Shown: one piece after another, positions 8,654-20,400 of the stretch | Position numbering within the stretch: position 1 is the first letter of the stretch | Layout of the letters: each line of letters begins with the position of its first letter | Origin: a virus | Lineage: Duplodnaviria; Caudoviricetes | Length of the DNA: 64,000 nt | IMG/VR virus record: IMGVR_UViG_3300029305_006521 | Span: 1-64,000 of that record | Direction: 5' to 3' (one strand) | Notes under the pieces: generated by a model | Seen by the model: the letters and a program-made list of their open reading frames with translations, nothing else | Database searches by the model: none | Told to the model about the DNA's origin: nothing | Made by a program: the position numbers and the translations under genes

Positions 8654-11600
8654 TTATTCATTCTGAATCCAAAGATAAATATCACCTTCAGCAACACTTC
8701 CATCTCCAAAAGGATTGAATCCATCAGTACCAGGTTCAGCATCTCCATAGGCAATGCGGCCAATGCTACGAATATCGCTTGTTTCAACATTACTACTACC
8801 ATTTATATGACCAAATTCATCATAATTTATTTTAATGAATCCTGCATCTTCGATAGAAGCAACTGGTTTTTCATGTGAAATTATATTGTCTTCAACCGCT
8901 ATGTAATCGCCACCTTCAGGTACTAATTTCAAAGCAGTCATTGTACCAGTAGCATCTGCATTATAGAATACATAAGGTTCATAAGAAAGTACTTCTTCTG
9001 AATTTTCTTTAAAAGTCATCCCTAATCCAATAGAACCCATTAAAATTCTATTACCACCGTTTCTAGATGAATCATCATAAAAACCAACAAATGCACCAGA
9101 CATTCCATTTATTTTATTATGAATTCTATCTGCTTCAAGACCAAGAATGTTGGGATAATTATCATTCGCCGCGCTAGTATATTTTTTATCAATAATATAC
9201 AAACTTTCTTCAACTTCATTAAGCTCAGGCTGATTTATACCAAGCTTACCTTGTTGAATCATAAAAGTCTTTTTATTTTGAGAAATATAAATGCTATAAT
9301 TTTCTAATTCAAGTGAATGATTATAAAAACTAATAGTGTTATCAGCATTTACTTTAACACGTTTTACGTTACCGGTTATTGTTACTTCAGCATAAAAATT
9401 AGTAGAACTTTCTTCAGTGCCTTTTATTGGAGAAGGTAAATTAATATAAAGTGTTGTACCAGAAGTTACAACTGGTAATTTAGTTGCACCTTCAACTCCT
9501 TCATATTCTACAATATATTTTCCTTCTAAAGCATCTTGCATCGCCTTGAAGTTATCATAATAATCTTTATATTCTGCGGCGAGTGTGTTATAATCCATCT
9601 CTTGTTGAGAACCAACTAAATACTTTCTTTCTAAAGTTGGGATTAATTCACATTTAATTTTTCCATTTAAAATATTTTCTAAATTAGAATCAGTATATGA
9701 AGTTTTATTTAATTTATTAAAATCTTCAAGAGATAAATTATAATTTACTAAAATATTATTTAAAGTTTCATTTTCTATTTCAATATATTTTCTTGCGCGT
9801 ATTTTGTCGGTCTCTCCATCTTTATTTATAATTTCTTCATAGTAATTAATCGAATAAGTCAAATCAGTTAAACGATTAAATTCAATTAATTTATCTTTAT
9901 CAAGTTTTTCACCACCAATAAATTGGTGCGTAATACCCCAATCAGTTACATAAAGTTTTAATTTTGGTAAAGTAAAGCCAAAATTATCTTTAGTAACACC
10001 AATTCGTTCAATACCAGTTACTTGAATTTTTGGAGAACTTAAACGAGAATTCCAAAAAATAGCATTTGTATCTTCATCTTGACCAATATTGAAGTTATTT
10101 GAATTATTTTCATAATAATAAATACGACTAATTCTTCTACCTTCTTCATCATGATAAACTGGAATAATTTGGAAATATTCAATTTCATCAATATCTTGTT
10201 TATTTAGATTAAAAGATAAATCATATAAATAATAAGAAACTTCTACATTACTATCAATTATTTCTTCTTGTTTTGCTAAATAATTAACATTGGCATTAGA
10301 AGGGTCAAGAGTAATTGGATTTTCACTATTTTTTGATAATTCTATTTTACCTTCAGGTGTTCTTATAAATTTATAAAGAAGATAATAATTAGGATCTATA
10401 CTTTCAGATTTTAGATAATATTTTTTTTCTTTTTCAGAATAATAATAAATTTCATTATTAGTATCACTTTCTTGAAGTTTAGGTTTAATTCCAGGATAAA
10501 ATTTTATAATTAAACTATCTTTATTAAAAACACAAATGGGTTTTATATTTATTTCTTCGTTATAAGGATTTATTGTTTCTGGGCTTAATAATTCTTGAAT
10601 ATTTGAAGAAAAAATAATAGGTCTATGATCAAAATAAGAAGGTTTTCTACAATCATAATAAAAATTATATTCATAGTAATTTTCACTTTCTTGACCATAA
10701 TCATCTACAGCATGAATATGATAACTTATATTGAATTTTTCTCCGTAATTCTGAATCGTTTGATTTTCTAATCCATGAGAAATAAATAAATTATTTAAAT
10801 GAGTATTTTCTTGAAGAATATTTAATTTAAAATCAACTTTATTATCAATTTGTATGGTGTCACCAAAGCCATCTTTCTTTTCCCAAATTGGAATAAATAA
10901 TCCTACCTCTTCAGTAGGAACTTCTCCTTCTGAAGCAGTAAAAACTTTATCTTCCACTAATTGATATTTATCTAACCAAATATTATTTAAATAGATATTT
11001 GCATAAGCTTTATAACCATAAATACCTATGTTTTGCGAGTGAGTACCTTTTATACCAGCAATAATTAAATCTTCAAAATTATCTGCAATTGGCTCTTGAT
11101 TACCTTCTTTGAAATTTACCGGAATAATTTTAGATATTGGTGAAATTTCTCCTAAACTAGTCATTGTTGGTAATTTAGCTATTTGAATATCTTCACCTTT
11201 ATAAGTATAACTATTTAATTCAGTGACAATAAAAAATTCTTCTTCTTGTGTTTCTGAAGCTTGTGTAAGTATTTTTTTAACAATACTAGCAATACTAAGA
11301 GTTAATTTATTAGTAGTATCCCAAAATTTTTCAGGAAAATTATCTGTATTAGATAAATCAACTGTTAATTCATTTGCTCCAAAATTAGTAGTTATAATTG
11401 CTACACCACTATCTTTCCCTTTACTCCAATTAATACGAACTCCTTGCTCATCGTAACCTTCTAAGGTATTTTCATTAAACCCAATAGTTAATTTAGTATC
11501 TTTTGTTAAATATTTACAATTAGAATCTTCTCTCCAATCATAATTATCATTAATTATTTCATAAACTGATTCTAAATCTTTGTTCTTTTTAGTTGTATAA

Positions 11601-13141
11601 TTTAATTTAATAAAATTTAAAGATTTAGGTTTCTCACCAGCAAAAAATAAAAAATTATCCTCTGTATCTTCTTCAGTTTTAGTTGAAATCTGGAAAATTT
11701 CCGAATTATTATATAAAATTTGATTAGCTATTTTAAAACGAATAAATTTACCATTTAAAGTCTCTCCCGTAGGGACTAATGTTGTTATATCATTAATAAA
11801 ATATTCAGGTGTAGTTAAAAATTCAGTATTAAGAATAGACCATTTATTTTCTTCACCAGTTCCATCTTTCCAAATTTTTTTATCTAATGAATATTGATAA
11901 GAAATTTGATATTTAATAGTAAATTTTTCTTTTACTTCATCATGAACTAATATTTCTATAGGGTCCCATTTAATTGTCGCAGATCCAGATGAAAAAGTTG
12001 GATTATCATAATTATAAATTTTCTGCTGGGGTTTTGCATATAAAGTATAAAGATAAAAAGGATTAGAAATAGAATTATAATCAGAAGTAGGGTTACCTCT
12101 TGAAGCTAAAGCTATGATTTGATGAGAAATTTTTTCACCATTTAAATTATAAACTTTAGAGCCAATAGAATAAGAATAATTATTATTATTAGAAGTTATA
12201 TTATCATTACCTATTAAATTTTCATTAATTTTAATATTATAACCACTAACTGAATTATTTTTTATACCTGTAAGTCCAGTCCAATTTACTGAATAATTAG
12301 CTTCATAATTATCATTTAATAAAAGAAATTCTTTTTTTATAGAACTACCAGAAAAAGAAATATCAGTAACTTTTGATAATTGATAAGCAGGGCCAAGAAC
12401 AGTAAAAGTTTTAGTATCACCACTAATATTATGACCTTCTTCATCTGTATCAAATACATCAATATCATAAGTAAATTTTTCATCATCACCATTATTTATA
12501 GGTGTTATTGTAAATGAACCATCTTTATTAGAACTACTATGAATATAACCATAATCATCTGTATTTGCTTTTTTTCCCCAAAGGTCTACTGATAAAATAT
12601 CTGTATTTTCAGCATCAACAGAATAACTAATTGTAATAGAATCTCCAGAATTAATAATTCCTCCATTAGGAGAATAAGTTACTGAACCAGTAACTTTTTT
12701 TTCTGCTTCTTCGCCTCCGCCTCCGCTTTCGGGATCATAATCTAAATTTGCATAATAACTCATGGCGTCTAAATATATAGTCGCATTTTGAGAGCCATTA
12801 TTGATTCTTAAAATAATATATTGACCAGCCTCAAATCGTCCATCTCCTTTATTGGCATCTCTTTTTAATGTAATAACATGATCCCCTTTCTCATATAACG
12901 TTTCACCCGCAAAAGCGTATCGAGTATCACCGTCATCAATTTCATTATCATTACTTACATACATTGCAGCAGAAACTTTCGCTTGCCCATTGCAATGAAA
13001 ATAGACGTATCCGTAATCTAAATATCCACCTACACTACGGGCGCCTTCGCCAAATTTATCTTCTACTTTATTACCCGAAGGTATAGATAAATTTCCATCA
13101 TGGTCTTCGTTGTTATATAAATATATAGTTTTATAAACCAT
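8654..13141 (-). CDS. Large tail fibre / receptor-binding protein (paralogue A)
   Basis: 1495 aa, Ig/FN3-like beta-rich segments, C-terminal EGDIYLW fibre-like motif, position after Tal. Confidence 0.65.
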   Translation of the reverse strand: MVYKTIYLYNNEDHDGNLSIPSGNKVEDKFGEGARSVGGYLDYGYVYFHCNGQAKVSAAMYVSNDNEIDDGDTRYAFAGETLYEKGDHVITLKRDANKGDGRFEAGQYIILRINNGSQNATIYLDAMSYYANLDYDPESGGGGEEAEKKVTGSVTYSPNGGIINSGDSITISYSVDAENTDILSVDLWGKKANTDDYGYIHSSSNKDGSFTITPINNGDDEKFTYDIDVFDTDEEGHNISGDTKTFTVLGPAYQLSKVTDISFSGSSIKKEFLLLNDNYEANYSVNWTGLTGIKNNSVSGYNIKINENLIGNDNITSNNNNYSYSIGSKVYNLNGEKISHQIIALASRGNPTSDYNSISNPFYLYTLYAKPQQKIYNYDNPTFSSGSATIKWDPIEILVHDEVKEKFTIKYQISYQYSLDKKIWKDGTGEENKWSILNTEFLTTPEYFINDITTLVPTGETLNGKFIRFKIANQILYNNSEIFQISTKTEEDTEDNFLFFAGEKPKSLNFIKLNYTTKKNKDLESVYEIINDNYDWREDSNCKYLTKDTKLTIGFNENTLEGYDEQGVRINWSKGKDSGVAIITTNFGANELTVDLSNTDNFPEKFWDTTNKLTLSIASIVKKILTQASETQEEEFFIVTELNSYTYKGEDIQIAKLPTMTSLGEISPISKIIPVNFKEGNQEPIADNFEDLIIAGIKGTHSQNIGIYGYKAYANIYLNNIWLDKYQLVEDKVFTASEGEVPTEEVGLFIPIWEKKDGFGDTIQIDNKVDFKLNILQENTHLNNLFISHGLENQTIQNYGEKFNISYHIHAVDDYGQESENYYEYNFYYDCRKPSYFDHRPIIFSSNIQELLSPETINPYNEEINIKPICVFNKDSLIIKFYPGIKPKLQESDTNNEIYYYSEKEKKYYLKSESIDPNYYLLYKFIRTPEGKIELSKNSENPITLDPSNANVNYLAKQEEIIDSNVEVSYYLYDLSFNLNKQDIDEIEYFQIIPVYHDEEGRRISRIYYYENNSNNFNIGQDEDTNAIFWNSRLSSPKIQVTGIERIGVTKDNFGFTLPKLKLYVTDWGITHQFIGGEKLDKDKLIEFNRLTDLTYSINYYEEIINKDGETDKIRARKYIEIENETLNNILVNYNLSLEDFNKLNKTSYTDSNLENILNGKIKCELIPTLERKYLVGSQQEMDYNTLAAEYKDYYDNFKAMQDALEGKYIVEYEGVEGATKLPVVTSGTTLYINLPSPIKGTEESSTNFYAEVTITGNVKRVKVNADNTISFYNHSLELENYSIYISQNKKTFMIQQGKLGINQPELNEVEESLYIIDKKYTSAANDNYPNILGLEADRIHNKINGMSGAFVGFYDDSSRNGGNRILMGSIGLGMTFKENSEEVLSYEPYVFYNADATGTMTALKLVPEGGDYIAVEDNIISHEKPVASIEDAGFIKINYDEFGHINGSSNVETSDIRSIGRIAYGDAEPGTDGFNPFGDGSVAEGDIYLWIQNE

Positions 13142-13250
13142 TCATAAACCTCCTTTTTTAGGTTTGTTTTAAATAAATTAATTATTTAAAGTCTAAATCT
13201 CTTTTTAAAAGTAAAAAACAGTATATTGAAATATAATAAAAAGGAGATGT

Positions 13251-16200
13251 TTAACCATCTCCTTTAATAATATAAACAAAATCTTCATTACCAAGTTTAA
13301 CAGTACCAAGATTTGGTAGAGTATCTTTTCCTAATATTTCTATTAACGTAGAATCATTATCCGCTGTTAATTTATCACCATTACAAACATACCAAGTTTT
13401 ATAATTATAATATTTTCTTAAAATATCTGTTGGCGTATATCCCTCTCTAATTAAACCTGCTTTTGGGAATAATATAGTAGTTCCAATAGGAATAGGTAAA
13501 TTAGCTAAACTAATTTTTTCAAAAAAATCTTTATTATCATATTTTTTTGCTATTTTCCCTTCACCATAATCATTTTCATTACCATCATCTTTAACTTCAT
13601 CTTCGGTAAAATATTTTCCTTTATAAACAAAATAAGGATAACCAGCTTCCATACCAAAACTTCCCATACGAAAAGGTATGTTTTTTTCATCCACACTATA
13701 GAAACCTATATAAACACTATAATCTGAAGCAGTAGCTTGAGGATTATACTTTCCATCATTTCTATTAAATTGTGGCATTTTAGTATTTTTATCACCTTGT
13801 ATAGAAAAAACATGAGGATAAGTATCATTATATACTGCAATATTACCTATATAATTTCCCGAATCAATTCTATCTTTTGCTACAACATAAAGAGCTTCTT
13901 CAGTTTTTTCAAGATTTGAAAAATTAATACCAACTTTATTTTTTCTTAAAGATAAAGTTGAAAAATCTGCTGGTATATAATGTTTTAGAATTGAAGAAAT
14001 TATTGAAGTTATACTATTACTGCTATATTTATACCCCTGTGCCGCATCTGTTTCAATTGAAAAACGAGTAATTTTAGAATTAGTAGTAACTTCAGCGGAA
14101 AAAGGCATATTATCATAAATTAATTTTAAATCGTTTTCAGTGAAAGTATAAGTTATTAAGTCATCAAAATAATTTCCTTCACCAATTAAATATTTATCAT
14201 TATTATTTAAACTTGTATTAGAAATTTTAATAGAAGATTCTAAGACAAAATTTTTATCATTTTTATTTAAAATACCTTTATCTATTATTTTAAATTTAGG
14301 TTTATAAGTTTTAGAATTATCTTCATTTTTTCTAATAATTTCTTCATATTTTAAAGTTACAGGTACAAAACGACTTAAATGAAAAAAAACAGTGTTACCT
14401 TTTTCCTTAATAGGATAAAGTGTAGATATAGCATTCGCGGCCTTTTCTTCATTATATTCGTCAATATAAGAAGGCATTAAAGTTAAATTAAAATATTCGT
14501 TATTATTATTATTTTTTAAATTCATGCCATAACAACCGATATATTTTTTTACTTCTATTTCTTTTCCATTTTTATCATTTACCTTTCCTATAATTTCTTT
14601 ATAATCACTATCTAATATTAATCTTTTTGAATAAAAATTATTTTCAGTCCATTTATAAAGAGTATAAAGATTCGGGTCTGATGCCTCAGTTGTTAAATAA
14701 TACTTAATTTCACCTTCTTTAACTTCTATTCCTATATAATTATTTTCATGATTTAAATAATCATTTCTATTAAAAGCAGGATACCATTCAAATAAAATAA
14801 AATCTTGTTCTAAACCATCTTTTCCTTTAGTTTGATCATATAATAAATATCCATCTCTAAAATTATCATCTATATAAATAGTAAAATTATCATTTTTTAT
14901 TAATTCTGGCAAACCATTTTCAAATGTTGCTGCTAAACGAAAATCATATTTAACTTCTAAAGTATAATTAATAACACTTTCTTGTTTTAGAATATCAATA
15001 GCGGTAATAACATAATAAAATGTTTCAACTGTTCTTAAAGTTTGTAAAGAAGGAGGATTTTCTTCAATATTAAAAAACATTCGTCTTAAATATTCATCAT
15101 CTCTTAAAATTTGAGGGTAAAACCCGATAAAACCTAGGGTATTAGAATCTGCTGTTTCATTTCCTGATGGAATTAAATTAGATAATACAAAAATTCCATC
15201 TTTTAATTCTACAGGAGTTAATTCAGTACTACCATCTTTTTCAATTGTTTGAAAAAGATAATTTTTATCTACTAGGCAGCCGTTGGTATAATTTTGTTTA
15301 TCTTTAGTGGCATAAATTTTAAAACCATAAATAGGCGCACCACTAGTTATTGTATCAGCACGCAAATCAGATAATCTATAATCCATTTCCCATATTTTAT
15401 TTCCTTCTTCTCCAATACCAGAAATACTATTAATTTGGTTATTAAAGAAATCCACATTACGAATAGCATTTGAATTTAAAGAAGGAATAGTAGAGCCATT
15501 ACTAAACATTTTTGGTGTTGCCGCACGAGTAAATTCATAATTATTTACTTCACCATTTATAGTAATTTTTGGAGAATTATCAAAATTTAAACTTGGACCA
15601 TCTGAATAAATATAAATACCACTACCTTCATCATTTTTTATTATTTCATATAAAGAATAAATTTCAAATCTAACTGAATCTCCAGATTGTGAAAATAATT
15701 GTTTAGCTTCTTCTTCTCTTAATTCAATTTCAAAATATCTATTACCTTCTTCAATTTTTTGAATTTTTTCGCCGGTATATAAACCTTTTTTCCATTTAAT
15801 TTTTACACAATCAAAATAATTAGTACTTGGCTCCCAATCATTATTATGAGTGCATTGAATTAATAAACTATTTTTAAAATTTAAAATACCATTATTTAAA
15901 TCCCAACTATCATTTATAACATTATAAACAACGTTCATAGGACTATTAGCACCATAATAATCACCTTGCGGAATGGAAAAAGTAATTATCTCAAATTTTT
16001 TAGGTAATTCACCTTTAAAAAGCTTTTTGTCTTCATCACTTTCTATTGTTGTTTGGTTATCTAATATCTGACCTTGATAAGTAATAATTCCAGTAACTTG
16101 TAAAGAAACTAATTCGTCATTATTAATATTTTCAACTTGCCAATTATAAAAAGTTTCTGTTAAATTCTCTTCAATAAGAGTATATTCTATTTCATTTAAT

Positions 16201-17411
16201 AAAGCTTGATCAATAGTAGTTTCTTTTTTATATCCTAAATTATAGGTTTTAGTTAATAACTCTGCACCTATACCTTCAATTTGTAATTCTCCCCAGCTAA
16301 TAAAAGTATTTTCAAGCAATACAGCACTTTTTCCAACAGGACCTAAATTTGCATTAAAAGATGGTTTAATAAAATAAAGATAACAAATATCTGAATCTAC
16401 ATAACTTCCACTTTCATCATAAGTCCGAACTTTTATTGAATAAGTTTTATTCAAATTAGGTTTATTAATTATAATTTCTGTTTCAGTTTTTTCTTTGATT
16501 AAATTATCAATTTCAAAATCATCAATTATAATTTTATAACCATTTACTTTGTTATTTTCGCCAGGTGAAGCTTCTGACCATTTAATTGGAATCGATATAT
16601 TTTCTTCGTTTTTAAAAATACAAAAACCGGGGTTGGAAAAAATCTTTCCAACCCTAATATTACTAGCGGGATTATTTGCATTACGAATTCCTAAAGTTAA
16701 AAGATTACTAGGAGAACTATAACCTGCTGTATCTTCAACAACTATTTTGTAAGTAGTTTTTGCAGTTATAATATCCTCAGCAGTAGTTGTATTAATATTA
16801 TATTCTTTATAAATTTTATTATTTTTATAAAGAATATATTTACTTAATGGATTTGTTCCTTGAGCGGCGCCAGACCAACTTAATTTTACTGTAGAGCCAT
16901 TAGTATAAACATTACTAGAAGCTTTTAATGTTGGTGCAGTAGGACCATAAACAGGAGGTACATATACATCCCAATCTACATTAATTTGGATTATATTAGA
17001 AGAACCATTATAATCTTTTCCCAACCAAGTCATGGGAGATCCATTACTTCCATATGCGTTATTTGCATAATTATTAGGGGAATATTCAGCTATATAACAA
17101 TTATAAGTTTTAGAACCACTTCCACTAGTATTAACTGGAATAGAAACATTAACACTAGTATTATAAGTTGCCCCTTTAGTAAAAGTTGTATAATTACCAA
17201 AAATTTTGCCAGAGTAATAACTACCTCCAACATCTATATAAAAACTAAGTCCATTTACCCAAGTTCCACCGGTAGCACTACTTAGACTAAAAAATAAAGG
17301 TATATTTATTTTTATTGTATTTGAATTTACTCTTGTAGATGTAATATTTTTACCATTGGCGGGCACTTCAACATATGTAGTTTTAGACGAAGCAGCATAA
17401 TATATGCTCAT
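13251..17411 (-). CDS. Large tail fibre / receptor-binding protein (paralogue B) with C-terminal tail-collar-like motif
   Basis: 1386 aa, FN3-like PTAP...LSWS module, C-terminal PIGTTILF...WYVCNG...LPNL collar-like motif. Confidence 0.65.
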   Translation of the reverse strand: MSIYYAASSKTTYVEVPANGKNITSTRVNSNTIKINIPLFFSLSSATGGTWVNGLSFYIDVGGSYYSGKIFGNYTTFTKGATYNTSVNVSIPVNTSGSGSKTYNCYIAEYSPNNYANNAYGSNGSPMTWLGKDYNGSSNIIQINVDWDVYVPPVYGPTAPTLKASSNVYTNGSTVKLSWSGAAQGTNPLSKYILYKNNKIYKEYNINTTTAEDIITAKTTYKIVVEDTAGYSSPSNLLTLGIRNANNPASNIRVGKIFSNPGFCIFKNEENISIPIKWSEASPGENNKVNGYKIIIDDFEIDNLIKEKTETEIIINKPNLNKTYSIKVRTYDESGSYVDSDICYLYFIKPSFNANLGPVGKSAVLLENTFISWGELQIEGIGAELLTKTYNLGYKKETTIDQALLNEIEYTLIEENLTETFYNWQVENINNDELVSLQVTGIITYQGQILDNQTTIESDEDKKLFKGELPKKFEIITFSIPQGDYYGANSPMNVVYNVINDSWDLNNGILNFKNSLLIQCTHNNDWEPSTNYFDCVKIKWKKGLYTGEKIQKIEEGNRYFEIELREEEAKQLFSQSGDSVRFEIYSLYEIIKNDEGSGIYIYSDGPSLNFDNSPKITINGEVNNYEFTRAATPKMFSNGSTIPSLNSNAIRNVDFFNNQINSISGIGEEGNKIWEMDYRLSDLRADTITSGAPIYGFKIYATKDKQNYTNGCLVDKNYLFQTIEKDGSTELTPVELKDGIFVLSNLIPSGNETADSNTLGFIGFYPQILRDDEYLRRMFFNIEENPPSLQTLRTVETFYYVITAIDILKQESVINYTLEVKYDFRLAATFENGLPELIKNDNFTIYIDDNFRDGYLLYDQTKGKDGLEQDFILFEWYPAFNRNDYLNHENNYIGIEVKEGEIKYYLTTEASDPNLYTLYKWTENNFYSKRLILDSDYKEIIGKVNDKNGKEIEVKKYIGCYGMNLKNNNNNEYFNLTLMPSYIDEYNEEKAANAISTLYPIKEKGNTVFFHLSRFVPVTLKYEEIIRKNEDNSKTYKPKFKIIDKGILNKNDKNFVLESSIKISNTSLNNNDKYLIGEGNYFDDLITYTFTENDLKLIYDNMPFSAEVTTNSKITRFSIETDAAQGYKYSSNSITSIISSILKHYIPADFSTLSLRKNKVGINFSNLEKTEEALYVVAKDRIDSGNYIGNIAVYNDTYPHVFSIQGDKNTKMPQFNRNDGKYNPQATASDYSVYIGFYSVDEKNIPFRMGSFGMEAGYPYFVYKGKYFTEDEVKDDGNENDYGEGKIAKKYDNKDFFEKISLANLPIPIGTTILFPKAGLIREGYTPTDILRKYYNYKTWYVCNGDKLTADNDSTLIEILGKDTLPNLGTVKLGNEDFVYIIKGDG

Positions 17412-17424
17412 TTAATTCCTCCTT

Positions 17425-20400
17425 TTAAATAACAAAATCGATACCACGATCAAATTCAACTTCTTCATTGTAATATCTTTTTATTTGAACTACAACTTCA
17501 TCTGTTTCTGTAATAAAATTTAAATAATTTAAAGTATCAATTTCATCATCTACTCTTATTTTACCTTTTACTCCTAATTTAACTTCATCATTATTTCTTT
17601 CAAAAGTGACTAAATTATTTTCTTTTTCTTTAAATTTATTTCCAATATTAAGTATTCCTTCAGTATCAGAAATATACCAATCAGGTTCAGTATTAAAAGC
17701 TTCTTTTTCTAATTTTTCAAAAGAAATAATTTCATTAGTTGTATTAGTATTATTATATCTAATAAAAGAAATATTACCATTATTAATTTGAATAAAAGAA
17801 TTTATTTTTTCTTTTTCAAACTTTCCAATATTTAATCCAGTACTATATAACCTATAATTTTCTGCGTCAATAGCTTTAATATAAGGGAATGGATCTTCTT
17901 TAGTAAGCTCATTATTATAACCATAATAATTTTCTAAAAATTCTTTTGATGGTTCAATTTGTAAATTATCACGCCAACCAGTAGCATAGTCACTATAGAT
18001 ATTAAGACCGCCTTCCCAAATTGAAAGTCCTTTTTTATCAATTTGAAGAATCTTATCTCTATTTTCAGGTATTTTGTTTATATCATCTTTATCATAGGCG
18101 ACATAAAATACACTTTCTGGAGACTTATTATCATCGCCTATATTAAAAATTAATTTTTCAGTAAGTATATCATCATATTTATAATTTGTTCCATTATATT
18201 TATTAAAATCATTTATATCAAGTTGATACTTTGTAAGAAAAGTTTTTATATACTTACAATTAATTTTATTATCTTCTTTATAATATAAAACTAATTTATT
18301 TTTTAAATCTTCTGGTATATTATTACTAATTTCATATTCTGTAGAATTAATTGTATTAAAAATTGTCATATCTAAATCAGATAAATTAGATACATTCTCT
18401 TTTAAATCTGAAAAAACAAAAATACTGCTTGACAAAGCTAAAATAATTGTATATTCACCTATAATTACAATATCATTATTTTTTAAAGAATCTGATAAAA
18501 CATCTTGTAATTCTTTAACAGTATTATTAATTTTTATTGTAGTTTCATTTATATTAGGTAAATAATTTTTTATTAATTCTTCAACTGTAATTTTATAATC
18601 TGATTCTATAATAAAATATTTTTTATTTGTTTCTTCAATATAAATTTCATCTAATTCATAAGTTTTTTGATTATCATCAATTAAAATACCAGTTGTTTGC
18701 AACCAACCACTAAAAGTGCTGTTAGTAGCTTGAATAATACCGCTAAATATACCTTTAGACGCGTAAAGAGAACCATCTTGTGTAACAACAAAAGGAGCAG
18801 TAGATTTTTCTTTCGGGACAGAACCAGCCCACATACGAATTTGCTGTCCTTCTCCACTACTTATTTTATTTTCACCATTATATTCTTCTTCATCATTAGT
18901 AATACCAGCATTGGGTAAATAAACTTTTCCAGTTAAATAGACATTTTGACCATAAAGACCATATCCATCCAATGGTTCAGTAAAAATATCATCTTGAATA
19001 CCAGATAAACGTCCTAATTGGGTAGTAACCTGGCCATTTTTACTAATATCAGTGATAATTATTGCTGGTCCTAAAATATTACCAGCGGTTAAATCAATAC
19101 CACAACCTGCAGTAAGAGCAATTGAAAAATTAGAAATTTTGCCATAAGTATTAGCTATTTTAGGTATTTCATTAGAATCTAAATTTTCTAAATTCTGTGG
19201 ATAATAATAAATATAAAAATAATAATTAATATTATCTGTGACTTTAAATAATCTACCTTCATTATTATTATATTCAATAGGATATTCTTCAGTAGAAATA
19301 AAATTAAATTTTATATTAACATATTCATTTAATTCGCTATTAAAAGGATAAGTATTTATTTTATCTTCAAATTTTATTACTATTTCATTTTCTTTTTCTT
19401 CTAATAAATAAATTTTATCTCCCCAAATATCTCTATCAAAAGTTTCTTTATCTACTTTTATTTTAAATATTAAAGGCGCCTGATTTATTAAAATAGTTGT
19501 ATTATTATAATCATAATAAGTTGGTGCAATATATAAATCACCACCCATAGTATTAACGCTATTATAAGTAAAAGTAGCTGATACAATTTCACCACGAGCA
19601 TTAATATTAGAGAAATAAGCATCTCCCTTCATATCAATTTTCCAACCATAAGCCGAATTAAAGTTAGAAGTGCTTATACCTTTATCATTATCAATAATAA
19701 TATAATTTTCTTTTCCTTTTCCAACTAACAATTTTCCTTCTAAAGAAGCATTATTAGCAATTAATGAACCATCTCCAAGATTAATAGAATTAGCAATTAC
19801 TTTACCATCTAATCCTACAGAAAAAGCTGAATTTTTATAATTATTATTTTTTGCACCTGCCCAAAAAGCTAAATCATTATTATTTTTAATATCAGCACTA
19901 TTCTCTAAATAATTAATACCAGCTTTATAGTAAGTATTTGTTACTATAATAGAATTACCATTTTCATCAGTGATAGTATCTTTTTTATTATCTTCTCCAA
20001 TTAAAATTGATTTTTTCAAATAAATATTAGAAGCATACAAATCACCAGTATTAGTAACATAAAAATTACTATCAGTTTTTGAATTTAAACTATTATCCTC
20101 ATGAATCCAAAGAATAACTTCATCTTCTGAAGTAATACCAGCGCGGTTATCTGGAATTAATAATTCTTTTATAATACCATTTTCAGCTATAATTGAACCG
20201 CTAATATCAGCGTTTTTAGCATGAAGTTTACCAGTATAATCTACACTAAATTGATAATTTATTTCCTCATTTTTTTCGGATTTTCCGCCCCAAAGAATAT
20301 AACCATTTTCTACGGCAGAACCATCAATACCATGCCTACCATCACCAATAGTTAATAAACCACTGATATTACCAGAGTCTGCCTGAATATTACCTTTAAT

